From contig DATLSL010000037.1 in NCBI GenBank assembly GCA_035534135.1, positions 1-51,296 on the forward strand: 51,296 nucleotides of DNA. The letters are read 5' to 3'. The notes beneath the pieces were generated by a model, which saw only the letters and a list, made by a program, of their open reading frames with translations, had not been told where the DNA came from and did not search any database. Positions 12,098-21,635 of the stretch are shown one piece after another (position 1 is the first letter of the stretch; every line of letters starts with the position of its first letter). Origin of the DNA: Rhodanobacteraceae bacterium. GTDB lineage: Bacteria; Pseudomonadota; Gammaproteobacteria; Xanthomonadales; Rhodanobacteraceae. A program made the translations under genes and the position numbers.

Positions 12098-12259
12098 GGC
12101 GGGTGTCTGCGGAATCGTCGTGGTGATCGGGCGCGCGATGGCGACCGGCTGCAATCGATAGTAGAACAGCTAAAACCGTCTGCGCGGCATTTGCGCGCAG
12201 GCGGGCTGGTCCGTTCCGGCGCACGCGCGGCAGGGGCGCACACGAGGGGGGAGCGAGCA

Positions 12260-13630
12260 ATGCCGACGAACGATCGTGATGCAGATAGCCAACGTGCGCC
12301 GGGCGGCGGGCTGCTGCGCGTGCTCGGCATGGCGTTTGCGCTGGCTGTCGGCATCGGCAACACCATCGGCGGCGGCATCCTGCGCACACCCGGCGAGATC
12401 GCCGCGTTGCTGCCGAGCGTCACCCTGTTCATGACGGTATGGGTGTTCGGCGGCTTCAATGCGCTGCTCGGTGCCACCGTCTACTCGGAACTTGGCGCGA
12501 TGATCCCGCGCGCGGGCGGCATGTACGTGTTCGCCCACCGGGCGCTGGGCGGCTACGCCGGTTTTTTTGTCGGCTATACCCAGTGGATCCAGTATTGCAG
12601 TGCGGCGGCGGCTCTTGCGGTGCTGATCGGCGAGTACACGTACGTGCTGGTGCCGGCTGCCACCGGGCACGCTGTCGCGATCGCGTTTGCCATTCTCGGT
12701 ATCCTCGGCGTACTGCAGCTGGCCGGCGTGCGCTGGGGCGCGGGCATGCAGATCGTCACGACGCTCGCGAAAACCCTTGCGCTCGGCGGGCTGGTGGTCG
12801 CCGCCTTCGTGATGCCGCATGCGCTGGTCGAGACGCATTCCGCGGCGGCCGCCATGGGCGCCGCGCCGCACGGCGCTGCGCTGCTGGTTGCCCTGGTGCT
12901 GGCCATGCAGGGTGTGATCTTCACCTACAACGGCTATTTCGCGGTGATCGCCTTCGGCGAGGAGCTGCGCGACCCCGGCCGCGATATCCCGCGCTCGATG
13001 TTTCGCGGGCTGTTCCTGATCATCACGGTCTACCTGCTGCTCAATGCGGCCTTCCTCTGGGTACTGCCGATCACGAAGATGGCGCACATGCCGTTCGTCG
13101 GCGGCGCGGTGGCGCAGGCGTTGTTCGGCCCGCGTGGCGATCTGATCATTCGCAGCATCGTGATGGTGTCGGTGCTGGGCACGATCAACTCGATCCTGCT
13201 GTCGCAGCCACGTTCACTGCTGGCGATGGCTCGTGACCGCCTGTTCCTGCGCCAGGCCCTGATCGTCAATGCCGGCGGCACACCGGTCGTCGGCCTGTTG
13301 CTGAGTGCCGTGATCGCGGGCCTGTTTCTGCTTTCCGGCACCTTCCACGCACTGCTCGCGATCACCGCCACGCTGATGGTGGTGAATTATCTGCTGATGT
13401 ACGTCTCGCTGATCGTGCTGCGCCGGCGCGAACCGGATGCGCTGCGCCCCTACCGGGCATGGGGTTACCCGTGGACCACGCTGATCGGGCTGCTGATCAC
13501 CGTCGCATTCCTGCTCGGCGTCGCGCGCAGCGACCCGAGCCATACGCTGATCGCACTGCTGGTGCTGCTCGCCAGTTACCCGGTTTATCGCGGCGTGCGA
13601 ATGTTCGGGCGGCACGAGACCCTCGATTGA
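12260..13630 (+). CDS. APC-family amino acid permease
   Basis: GNTIGGGI, YSELGAMIPRAGG, EELRDPGRDIPR and RPYRAWGYP motifs; multiple hydrophobic segments. Confidence 0.92.
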   Translation: MPTNDRDADSQRAPGGGLLRVLGMAFALAVGIGNTIGGGILRTPGEIAALLPSVTLFMTVWVFGGFNALLGATVYSELGAMIPRAGGMYVFAHRALGGYAGFFVGYTQWIQYCSAAAALAVLIGEYTYVLVPAATGHAVAIAFAILGILGVLQLAGVRWGAGMQIVTTLAKTLALGGLVVAAFVMPHALVETHSAAAAMGAAPHGAALLVALVLAMQGVIFTYNGYFAVIAFGEELRDPGRDIPRSMFRGLFLIITVYLLLNAAFLWVLPITKMAHMPFVGGAVAQALFGPRGDLIIRSIVMVSVLGTINSILLSQPRSLLAMARDRLFLRQALIVNAGGTPVVGLLLSAVIAGLFLLSGTFHALLAITATLMVVNYLLMYVSLIVLRRREPDALRPYRAWGYPWTTLIGLLITVAFLLGVARSDPSHTLIALLVLLASYPVYRGVRMFGRHETLD

Positions 13631-13732
13631 GGCCCCGCGAGTAAGGGATTTTCCAGACTGCCAACGCGGGCGAGTAGCCATGCCCGATGCGCTCACATGC
13701 GCGCATGCGCGAGGTGCGCCAAGCCGCATCCA

Positions 13733-14167
13733 CTACGGCTCCTGGCGTCCCCAGGAATAAGGCCAGCGGCCATTGCCGAAGTTGTGCACCTGCGTCGTGC
13801 TGACACCGATCGTCAGCGCGAAGGGATGCTCGGCGCTGCCGAACAGCTTGGTCATGTTGACGTTGGCGCCTTCCCAGGTCGTGGTGCCGAACGCTTTGCT
13901 GTAACCCACGCCCGTGGTGACGCTGCCCCACACCAGGGGTTTCGAATCATTCAGGTCGCTATCCCGCCGGGCAGCATCGGCAGCGGAAGCAGGCATGCTC
14001 CAGCCTGCGTCCGGCGTTGAAGAGGAATGCGCTGGCGGTATGAAGGACGCATAAGGCTGCGTGGGGAGGTTGAGATCCAGCGTCGGGGTGGCTGGCGCCT
14101 TCATGCCATCCGCCCAGGCCGGTGCAACCAGGGTCAACGCCATCAAGGTCAGGCAGTAGCGGTTCAT
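13733..14167 (-). CDS. Secreted hypothetical protein
   Basis: GGAG RBS; signal peptide MNRYCLTLMALTLVAPAWA; C-terminal amphipathic beta-strand-like segments. Confidence 0.7.
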   Translation of the reverse strand: MNRYCLTLMALTLVAPAWADGMKAPATPTLDLNLPTQPYASFIPPAHSSSTPDAGWSMPASAADAARRDSDLNDSKPLVWGSVTTGVGYSKAFGTTTWEGANVNMTKLFGSAEHPFALTIGVSTTQVHNFGNGRWPYSWGRQEP

Positions 14168-14296
14168 GTGACACTTCTCCGGCAACGCGTCTACGCTACA
14201 CCCGTTGCCACGTCGCTCGCTGAATGCGCAGACACGCGCGCAGGGCGGGTCCCATTCGGGGCTCGCAGCGGCCCCAATCGACCGAAGCAAAACACC

Positions 14297-14860
14297 ATGC
14301 CAGTCTCCACGCTCGACCCGAAAACCGCCCTCATCGTCATCGATCTGCAGAAGGGCATCGCTGCTCTTCCGACGGTGCACCCGGTCGCCGGGGTCGTGAA
14401 GCAAGCCAGCGTGCTGGCTGACGCATTCCGCCGCCATGACTTGCCCGTCGTGCTCGTCAATGTCGCCGGTGGCGCACCGGGCCGAACGGAACAGGCTCGC
14501 AACCTCGCAATGCTTCCCGCCGACTGGGCCGATCTCATGCCCGAGCTGAACCGGCAGCCGGGTGATCACACGGTGACGAAGCGGACGTGGGGAGCGTTCA
14601 CGGACACAGACCTCGATGAGCACCTGAAGAAGCTGGGCGTCACGCAGGTCGTCATCGCCGGCGTCGCTACCAGCATCGGCGTCGAGTCGACCGCACGTCA
14701 TGCGTACGAACTCGGGTTCAACGTCGCCCTCGCCGTGGACGCCATGACCGACAGGAATCCAGATGCTCATGGCAACAGCATCACGCGCATCTTCCCGAGA
14801 CTGGGCGAAACCGGCACGACGCAGGAGATCATTGCCCTGCTCAGGAAAACCCGCGCGTGA
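14297..14860 (+). CDS. Isochorismatase-family (cysteine hydrolase-like) protein
   Basis: TALIVIDLQKG, KRTWGAFTDT, GVATSIGVESTAR. Confidence 0.9.
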   Translation: MPVSTLDPKTALIVIDLQKGIAALPTVHPVAGVVKQASVLADAFRRHDLPVVLVNVAGGAPGRTEQARNLAMLPADWADLMPELNRQPGDHTVTKRTWGAFTDTDLDEHLKKLGVTQVVIAGVATSIGVESTARHAYELGFNVALAVDAMTDRNPDAHGNSITRIFPRLGETGTTQEIIALLRKTRA

Positions 14861-15095
14861 AGGTGTCCATCGCGCAGGACGCTGCCCTTTGTGAACCGTT
14901 CATGGGGCGGTTCGGCAGCGCACTGTGGATCGAGTCCGATGTTTGAGGCGGAGAGCCGAAAGAAGGCCCGGGTCCACTGTTCAACGAGAAACTGAGGGCT
15001 CGCCTGCGTGACGCGGCGAGCCGGATTGACGGCACGTTTACGCCACACGGCTTCAAACCGCGGCTGGCGCAGGTTGCGTAAGTCGTTGATCGGAA

Positions 15096-15171
15096 TGGTG
15101 GCCAGGGACGGAATCGAACCGCCGACACGGGGATTTTCAGTCCCCTGCTCTACCAACTGAGCTACCTGGCC
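15096..15171 (-). tRNA. tRNA-Phe (GAA)
   Basis: Reverse complement GGCCAGGTAGCTCAGTTGGTAGAGCAGGGGACTGAAAATCCCCGTGTCGGCGGTTCGATTCCGTCCCTGGCCACCA; 76 nt cloverleaf with encoded CCA. Confidence 0.98.
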
Positions 15172-15210
15172 GGATGTGCATCGCGACCCGCGCCAGGCGC
15201 GGGGTCGTGT

Positions 15211-15239
15211 ATTACAGCGGTGCGGTTGCGGGCCGTCAA
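15211..15239 (-). promoter_or_regulatory. Sigma70-type promoter of tRNA-Phe
   Basis: TTGACG-N17-TGTAAT on the minus strand, about 40 nt upstream of the tRNA. Confidence 0.65.
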
Positions 15240-15398
15240 GCCGCGCGCGGTGAACGACGTGGAAACGCGGTCATCGGGACTGACGTCGCGTCGACAGGGC
15301 GGGACTATGATTGCCGCGAAGCCGCTGACCGAATCTCGCCATCGCAGGGAGCGGCCGCAAGTCCGGTGTCCCGCAGCGGCATCGTCAAGGAGCCGATC

Positions 15399-15860
15399 AT
15401 GCGTAGTCTCGCTTTTGTTCGCACCGCGCTGGCGGTGACTCTCGCGCTCGCCGGAACGTCCGTCGCGCTGGCCGATACGGCCAAGGTGCAGGCGGAGAAC
15501 CTGGCCAAATTCGAGCGCTTCGCCGGCAAGCCGGTGGCTTCGATCGTGTACTTCCAGCAGCAGGGCTGGCAGCCGCTGGGCGACACCCACTTTGCGTTGT
15601 GGACCGGCATCAATCAGGCCTACCTGTTTCAGGTGGCCAAGCCCTGCGTCAACCTCAGCTGGACCAACGGCATCGGGCTGCATCCGCACATGAATACCAT
15701 CCGCGCCCGCTTCGACTATGTGCAGGTGCAGGGAATGCCGTGCCAGATCGTGTCGATCCGGCCGGTGAACTACCTGGCCATGCGCAAGGCCGGTCTGAAC
15801 GCCGATGCGCCCAAGTCGGCTCCCGCTCAGCCGGCGGCGTCGGGCGCGGGCGGCACGTAA
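15399..15860 (+). CDS. Secreted conserved protein (DUF6491-like)
   Basis: AAGGAG RBS, signal peptide, WQPLG..ALWT..AYL..C and C.I..I.PV pattern; typical neighbour of yggX. Confidence 0.75.
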   Translation: MRSLAFVRTALAVTLALAGTSVALADTAKVQAENLAKFERFAGKPVASIVYFQQQGWQPLGDTHFALWTGINQAYLFQVAKPCVNLSWTNGIGLHPHMNTIRARFDYVQVQGMPCQIVSIRPVNYLAMRKAGLNADAPKSAPAQPAASGAGGT

Positions 15861-16111
15861 CCGGCGGGTTTGCTGGCCTCGCCGCCGAACAGGAACTTTT
15901 CCATCTCGGCGGCGAGGAAGCTGCGCGTCTTCGGCTCCAGCGGACTCAGCCGGTTCTCGTTGATCAGCAGGGTCTGGTGCGCCAGCCATTGCTGCCACGC
16001 CTCGCGGGAAATGTGCGCGTAAACGCGCTGGCCGAGTTCGCCGGGCCAGGGCGCGTAGGCCAGGCCCTCGGCTTCACGACCAAGGCGGACGCAGTGCACG
16101 GTGCGGGTCAT
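15827..16111 (-). CDS. yggX: Oxidative damage protection / Fe(II)-trafficking protein
   Basis: MTRTVHC..GREAEGL..PWPGELG and [12 protein letters not shown]; follows mutY. Confidence 0.95.
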   Translation of the reverse strand: MTRTVHCVRLGREAEGLAYAPWPGELGQRVYAHISREAWQQWLAHQTLLINENRLSPLEPKTRSFLAAEMEKFLFGGEASKPAGYVPPAPDAAG

Positions 16112-17160
16112 GCGGGGTTCTCCGAAAGCTGGATCAGCAGCCGGCGCACCGGCGCCGGCAGTCCGAACGCGAGTGCGTGCTGCGGCAGCGCCCAGCGCAG
16201 CGTCGGCGCCTCAGCCACCCCGCGGTGCGGCTCGGCGCCGTCGAGCAGCAGCGGCGACGCCTGCAGATGATAGTGGCTGAAGCTGTGCCGGAACGGCGCC
16301 AGCGCCTGTTCGCGGGCGGCGTCGATCACGGCGTGGCGAGCAGCCAGCGCGCGCGCGGCGTCTGCATCGTCGGCGTGCGGCAGACTCCACAGTCCGGACC
16401 AGACGCCGGCGCCGTCGCGGCGCTCGAGCAGGATGCGGCCGCTGCGGTCGCGCAGCAGCAGCAGCACCGCGTGTCGCTGCGGCAGGACCTTCGCCGCTCG
16501 CGCTTGCGGCAGCTGCGCGGTCAGGTTCTCGCGCTGCGCCACGCACTGCGCTGCCAGCGGGCAATCGTCGCAGCGCGGCGCCCGCGGCAGGCAGACGGTG
16601 GCGCCGAGATCCATGATCGCCTGCGCGTAGTCGCCGGCGTGTCGGCGCGGCGTGTGCCTCTCGGCCAGCGCCCACAACTCGCGGCCGACGGCGACATCGC
16701 CCGGCCAGCCGCGCACGCCGTGCAGCCGCGTCAGCACGCGCTTGACGTTGCCGTCGAGGATCGCGAACGGCAGATCCCAGGCCTGGGCGAGGATCGCGCC
16801 CGCGGTCGAACGACCGATGCCGGGCAGGGCCGTCAGTGCATCGAAATCGCGCGGCAGTTCGCCGTGGTGGCGTTCGCCGCAGAGCCGCGCCGCGGCGTGC
16901 AGGAAGCGCGCGCGACGGTAGTAGCCCAGCCCCGACCACAGTGCGAACACCTGATCGGAATCCGCGGCCGCGAGCGCGGGCAGATCCGGCAGGGCGGCGA
17001 CGAAGCGCTCGAAATAAGGAATCACCGTCGCGACCTGGGTCTGCTGCAGCATCACTTCGCTGAGCCAGACGCGATAGGGCGTGCGCGGCTGCTGCCAGGG
17101 CAGATCGTGGCGACCGTGGCGGGCGTGCCAGCGCAGCAGCGGGCGCGCGACCGCATTCAC
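16108..17160 (-). CDS. mutY: A/G-specific adenine glycosylase
   Basis: [21 protein letters not shown], Hh[20 protein letters not shown], FeS motif C.6C.2C.5C; GTGA overlap with asmA. Confidence 0.96.
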   Translation of the reverse strand: MNAVARPLLRWHARHGRHDLPWQQPRTPYRVWLSEVMLQQTQVATVIPYFERFVAALPDLPALAAADSDQVFALWSGLGYYRRARFLHAAARLCGERHHGELPRDFDALTALPGIGRSTAGAILAQAWDLPFAILDGNVKRVLTRLHGVRGWPGDVAVGRELWALAERHTPRRHAGDYAQAIMDLGATVCLPRAPRCDDCPLAAQCVAQRENLTAQLPQARAAKVLPQRHAVLLLLRDRSGRILLERRDGAGVWSGLWSLPHADDADAARALAARHAVIDAAREQALAPFRHSFSHYHLQASPLLLDGAEPHRGVAEAPTLRWALPQHALAFGLPAPVRRLLIQLSENPA

Positions 17161-18200
17161 CGCGCGTGGGCGCTGGCGGCGCGCGCCGGCCCTGCCGACG
17201 CGGCGGCTGGGTCGCTGTGTACGCTGAGACCTTCGATGCTGACGCCGCCGGCCTGATAGCGCTGGATTTCGGCGTCGGCGGTGAGCGGCGGCAGGGTCAG
17301 CGGCGCGTTCGCGGTACTGTTGCGCAGAGCTGACCACCACGCCAGCAGCGCCGACGGCTGCAACGAGGCTTGCAGCTTTTCGCCACTGCCGCTGATCCCG
17401 ATGCGCGCCTGCATCGGCGTCAAGCCGTTGTCGCCGAGCTGCAGGTCCAGCGTGCGCACGGTCGCGCTGGCGTCGGTGAAACGGCCCGCAAGCCGCAGGC
17501 TGAAACGGCTGCCGCCACGCCAGTCGGCGCCGCCGCCGAGATCGAACTGCACCGGTGTGCGACCGCTGCCGCGCAGCGTGAGCGGTTGCAGGCTGACCAG
17601 TGCCGGAGTGCTGTGCGGCAGTGCGTCCAGCGCCAGCGTCAGCGTTGCGCCGCTGCTGCCGCGCGCGGCGAAACGCAGGGTGAAGGGTTTCCCGGGGGCC
17701 AGCGGCCCGGTGTCGAGGTTGACGGCGGTCAGCAGCGGCTGGCCGTTGCTGACCACGCTGCCGTCGCGCAGACTGATGCCGGTGTCGATGCGCGGCAGGA
17801 ACGGTGCGCGCCCGGTCGGCAGCGCAGCGATGTAGCGGCCGAGTTCGCCCAGGTCCAGATGGGGCGCGTCCAGCTCGAGCCGGGTGATGGTCGGTGTGCC
17901 GCCCAGCAGCGCCCGCCACGGCACGCGCAGGCGGCCGCGCGCCGCGCTGAGCAGCGGTGTGCTGTGGCCATTCACGCTGAGGCTGAAACCGGCCAGCGCC
18001 AGCGCCGGCCGCGGGAACAGCTCAAACGCAGCCGGCTGCTGCAGGCGCAGGGTCAGTCCGGCGGCACTCGCGGCCGATTCGAGCATGGCCGTGAAGCGCG
18101 CCGGTTTCAGCAGAATGTGCACCGCGATCAGCACGCCCGCGATCAGCGCCAGCACCAGCAGGCCGGCAGCGATCAGCAGGGTGCGCGGGCGCGGGCGCAT
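17157..18200 (-). CDS. AsmA-family protein
   Basis: N-terminal TM anchor, LFPRPAL and LELDAPHLDL; usual position between ftsY and mutY. Confidence 0.7.
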   Translation of the reverse strand: MRPRPRTLLIAAGLLVLALIAGVLIAVHILLKPARFTAMLESAASAAGLTLRLQQPAAFELFPRPALALAGFSLSVNGHSTPLLSAARGRLRVPWRALLGGTPTITRLELDAPHLDLGELGRYIAALPTGRAPFLPRIDTGISLRDGSVVSNGQPLLTAVNLDTGPLAPGKPFTLRFAARGSSGATLTLALDALPHSTPALVSLQPLTLRGSGRTPVQFDLGGGADWRGGSRFSLRLAGRFTDASATVRTLDLQLGDNGLTPMQARIGISGSGEKLQASLQPSALLAWWSALRNSTANAPLTLPPLTADAEIQRYQAGGVSIEGLSVHSDPAAASAGPARAASAHAR

Positions 18201-18205
18201 GCGCT

Positions 18206-19210
18206 TCAGCCTGCGCCCCGGCGCTCGGGAAGCAGCCCGTCGACGAAGGCTTGCGGATCGAACGTGCGCAGATCGGTGGCGGTCTCGCCGAGGCCGACAT
18301 AGCGGATCGGCAGGCCGAACTCGCGCGCCAGCGCGAACACCACGCCGCCCTTGGCGCTGCCGTCGAGCTTGGTGACGACCAGTCCGCTGACGCCGGCGGC
18401 CGCGCGGAACAAGCGCACCTGACTGATCGCGTTCTGGCCGGTAGTGCCGTCGATCACCAGCAGCACCTCGTGCGGCGCCGCGGGGTCGAGCTTGCCCAGC
18501 ACGCGGCGGATCTTGCTCAGCTCGTCCATCAGCCCGCCCTGCGTGTGCAGGCGACCGGCGGTATCGGCGATCAGCACGTCGACGCCGCGCGCGCGCGCGG
18601 CCTGCAGCGCGTCGTAGATCACACTGGCGGCATCGGCGCCCTGACCCTGGCTGATCACCGCGACCTGGTTGCGCTCGCCCCAGGCTTGCAGTTGCGCGAC
18701 GGCGGCGGCGCGAAAGGTGTCGCCGGCGGCCAGCAGTACCTCGCGGCCCTCGTCGCGCCAGCGGCGCGCCAGTTTGCCGATGGTGGTGGTCTTGCCGACG
18801 CCGTTGACGCCCACCACCAGCACCACGAACGGGCTGGGGCCGGTCGGCTGCAGTGGTTGTGCCACCGGCACCAGCAGTGCCAGCAGGGCGGCGCGCAGCG
18901 CATCCAGCAGCGCGCTGGCGTCGGCGAATTCGCGCCGGTGCATGCGTTGGCGCAGGTCCTCGACCAGCGCGCTGGCGGTGGCGACGCCGACGTCGGCGCC
19001 GATCAGGGTGGTTTCCAGCTCGTCGAGCAGGGTGTCGTCAAGGTGTGCGTTGCGGTTGAACAGTGCGGCCACGCCGCGTGCGAAACCGCTGCCGGCAAGG
19101 CGCTCGCGCCAGTTGCGCGCGGTGGCGGACGCCGCAGCCTCCGCTGTTGCCGCTGGCGCAGCCGGTTGGGCAGCGTTTTCCTGCGGCTTTTTCTTCCAGA
19201 GTTTGAGCAT
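18206..19210 (-). CDS. ftsY: Signal recognition particle receptor FtsY
   Basis: GVNGVGKTTTIGKLA, DTFRAAA, DTAGR, TKLDGSAKGG. Confidence 0.97.
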   Translation of the reverse strand: MLKLWKKKPQENAAQPAAPAATAEAAASATARNWRERLAGSGFARGVAALFNRNAHLDDTLLDELETTLIGADVGVATASALVEDLRQRMHRREFADASALLDALRAALLALLVPVAQPLQPTGPSPFVVLVVGVNGVGKTTTIGKLARRWRDEGREVLLAAGDTFRAAAVAQLQAWGERNQVAVISQGQGADAASVIYDALQAARARGVDVLIADTAGRLHTQGGLMDELSKIRRVLGKLDPAAPHEVLLVIDGTTGQNAISQVRLFRAAAGVSGLVVTKLDGSAKGGVVFALAREFGLPIRYVGLGETATDLRTFDPQAFVDGLLPERRGAG

Positions 19211-19286
19211 CGTGGGCGTGATTGTCGGAGAATCCGGGGATGATGCTAACAAACGCCAACTGTACGCTTGCTGCCGCGGGTATCGC

Positions 19287-19859
19287 GTGAGTGTGCGCGG
19301 TGCGCCGGGCGCCATCCGCGTGATCGCCGGCTACCTGCGCGGCTCGCGGCTGGCGGTGCCAGATCGCCCCGGCCTGCGGCCGACACCCAATCGCGTGCGC
19401 GAGACGCTGTTCAACTGGCTGGCGCCGGTCATCGAGGGTGCGCGCGTGCTCGACCTGTTTGCCGGCACCGGCGCGCTGGGCATCGAGGCGCTGTCGCGCG
19501 GCGCGGCAGCGGCGACCCTGGTCGAGCGCGATCCCGGTCTGGCGGCCGCGCTGGTTGCCAATCTGGACCGTCTGAAGGTCGCAGGAGGCACCGTCGAGCC
19601 GGCCGATGCGATGGCGTGGCTGGCCGGCACGCCGCGGTCGCACGACATCGTCTTCGTCGATCCGCCGTTTGCCAGCGGGCTGTGGACGCCTGCAGCACAG
19701 GCATTGGACCGCGGCTGGCTGGCGCCGTCCGCATGGGTTTACGTGGAAGCGCCGGCCGCCGCGCCGCTGCAGCTGCCGCCGCACTGGCGACTGCAGCGCG
19801 AAGGCCACGCCGGTGCATTGCAGTTCGCGCTCTATCGCGTGGCTGCGGGCATCCGCTAA
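19287..19859 (+). CDS. rsmD: 16S rRNA m2G966 methyltransferase
   Basis: LRPTPNRVRETLFNWL, LDLFAGTGALGIEALSRGA, DPPF. Start approximate. Confidence 0.94.
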   Translation: MSVRGAPGAIRVIAGYLRGSRLAVPDRPGLRPTPNRVRETLFNWLAPVIEGARVLDLFAGTGALGIEALSRGAAAATLVERDPGLAAALVANLDRLKVAGGTVEPADAMAWLAGTPRSHDIVFVDPPFASGLWTPAAQALDRGWLAPSAWVYVEAPAAAPLQLPPHWRLQREGHAGALQFALYRVAAGIR

Positions 19860-20426
<567 letters not shown>

Positions 20427-20439
20427 AGAGGTGCTCATC

Positions 20440-20934
20440 ATGCGCAAGCTCGCCCTTTACGCCGCCGTTGCCCTCATTGGCGCGCTCTCGTTGAGCGCCT
20501 GTCAGAAGCAGGCCGGCCAGACCGCACCCCAGGCCCAGCAGGTCGCTCGGCCGACCAGCCCGACCGACACTGCCGGCTGGAAGGCCTATCTGGTGCAGGT
20601 GGTGACCAAGAACATGCAGGGCATGACGGCCAACCAGCCGTATATGTACTACGTGCCGGCCGGCACCGACGACGCCGACGCGCAGGCGCGCCAGCGCCAG
20701 CTCGACAACGTCAGCAGCACCGTCGCCCGCGGTGTGTTGCCGGGCAATCTGATGGCCTTCGGTGGCCCGGATTCCAGCCAGACCGCGCAGATGATCATCG
20801 CCGCGTTCAAGGACGCCCAGCCGGGATCGTTCAAGGGCGTGATCGTGCTGTTCGTGGGCGACAAGTCCGATGAGCAGGGCGTCGCGCAGGCCCTGCAGCC
20901 CAGCGCCGCCATCTTCCACTTCGTGCAGATGTGA
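20440..20934 (+). CDS. Hypothetical lipoprotein
   Basis: GAGG RBS; signal peptide with lipobox LSAC. Confidence 0.8.
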   Translation: MRKLALYAAVALIGALSLSACQKQAGQTAPQAQQVARPTSPTDTAGWKAYLVQVVTKNMQGMTANQPYMYYVPAGTDDADAQARQRQLDNVSSTVARGVLPGNLMAFGGPDSSQTAQMIIAAFKDAQPGSFKGVIVLFVGDKSDEQGVAQALQPSAAIFHFVQM

Positions 20935-21064
20935 TGGCTGTCGACGCGGGGGCTGACCTGGTCGCCGCGCACGCATGACGATGCGGCGGAACAGCAGTGA
21001 CCCGGCCGCTGCACGGCGGCGGACCCCGGCTTGCCATCACGCGTCGCTGCATGTACGTCGCGAT

Positions 21065-21115
21065 GGAGTGAGCGCATGGCGCTGAAGATCACCGACGTCT
21101 GCGTCAACTGCGACG
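21065..21115 (+). repeat. Direct repeat A copy 1 (RBS plus first 13 codons of the ferredoxin gene)
   Basis: GGAGTGAGCGCATGGCGCTGAAGATCACCGACGTCTGCGTCAACTGCGACG, identical to 21231-21281 (51 bp). Confidence 0.97.
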
Positions 21116-21237
21116 GCGAACCGGGATTTGCCGCGGGATGCGGTGAAGCGCATCCCGCGCCGGTGAGCGGCCAGCCATGGATGGCTGGACCGAGGGCGCA
21201 CCATGGATGGCTCTGTGCGCGTGTTGAATGGGAGTGA
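21076..21237 (+). CDS. Putative 53-aa leader ORF beginning with the ferredoxin N-terminus
   Basis: MALKITDVCVNCD + GEPGFAAGCGEAHPAPVSGQPWMAGPRAHHGWLCARVEWE*. It has the same RBS as the true gene, and its stop falls within the GGAGTGA RBS region of copy 2. Confidence 0.5.
   Translation: MALKITDVCVNCDGEPGFAAGCGEAHPAPVSGQPWMAGPRAHHGWLCARVEWE
21116..21230 (+). other. Structured element E1 between the duplicated gene starts
   Basis: Stem CGCGGGATGCG/CGCATCCCGCG with GTGAAG loop (21132-21159), flanking CCGG..CCGG, and two CCATGGATGG hairpins; same architecture as 21632-21738. Confidence 0.8.
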
Positions 21238-21281
21238 GCGCATGGCGCTGAAGATCACCGACGTCTGCGTCAACTGCGACG
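21231..21281 (+). repeat. Direct repeat A copy 2
   Basis: Identical to 21065-21115. Confidence 0.97.
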
Positions 21282-21505
21282 TCTGCGAGCCCGTCTGCCC
21301 CAATCAGGCGATCGCGCCCGGTCCCGACTACTACGAAATCAACCCGGCCCTGTGCACCGAGTGTGTAGGTCACCACGACCTGCCGCAGTGCGTCGAGGTC
21401 TGCCCGGTCGAATGCATCTTCGTCGATGACGCCCATGCCGAGTCGCGCGAGCAGCTCGAACTCAAGTACCGCGAGCTGATGCATGCCAGGGCAAGCGCCG
21501 CATGA
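21242..21505 (+). CDS. yfhL: YfhL-family 2[4Fe-4S] ferredoxin
   Basis: CVNCDVCEPVCPN and CTECVGHHDLPQCVEVCPVEC motifs. Confidence 0.93.
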   Translation: MALKITDVCVNCDVCEPVCPNQAIAPGPDYYEINPALCTECVGHHDLPQCVEVCPVECIFVDDAHAESREQLELKYRELMHARASAA

Positions 21506-21549
21506 GCCGACGCCTGTTCGTGTTTCGGCCGGGTGCCTTGTCGAGCCTG

Positions 21550-21631
21550 GTCACCGACGCCGCCATGATAGGGCGAAGAGGCAGACGATGAAGCTGTGGT
21601 CGATCCTGGGCAACTCGCAACGGCTGGATGG
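21550..21631 (+). repeat. Direct repeat B copy 1 (upstream region, RBS and first ~15 codons of the MBL hydrolase gene)
   Basis: 82 bp with 5 mismatches versus 21739-21820. Confidence 0.96.
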
Positions 21632-21635
21632 GTGA
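21588..21635 (+). CDS. Putative 15-aa leader peptide [15 protein letters not shown]
   Basis: Same amino acids as the hydrolase N-terminus; the stop TGA is supplied by the first bases of element E2. Confidence 0.5.
   Translation: MKLWSILGNSQRLDG

Noticed and set aside
16108-17919. Apparent long N-terminal extensions of mutY, wrbA, asparaginase, tlpA, rsmD, pntB and the TMEM43 gene in the ORF track
   Set aside because: The extensions overlap neighbouring genes; internal starts with an RBS or stop-start overlap give normal-sized proteins.
21116-21170. Resemblance of E1/E2 (GARCCGG...GCGGTGAAG...CCGG) to group II intron domain V
   Set aside because: Stem length and bulge position do not match domain V, and no other intron domains or RT ORF are present. 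Kept only as something a covariance search could test.
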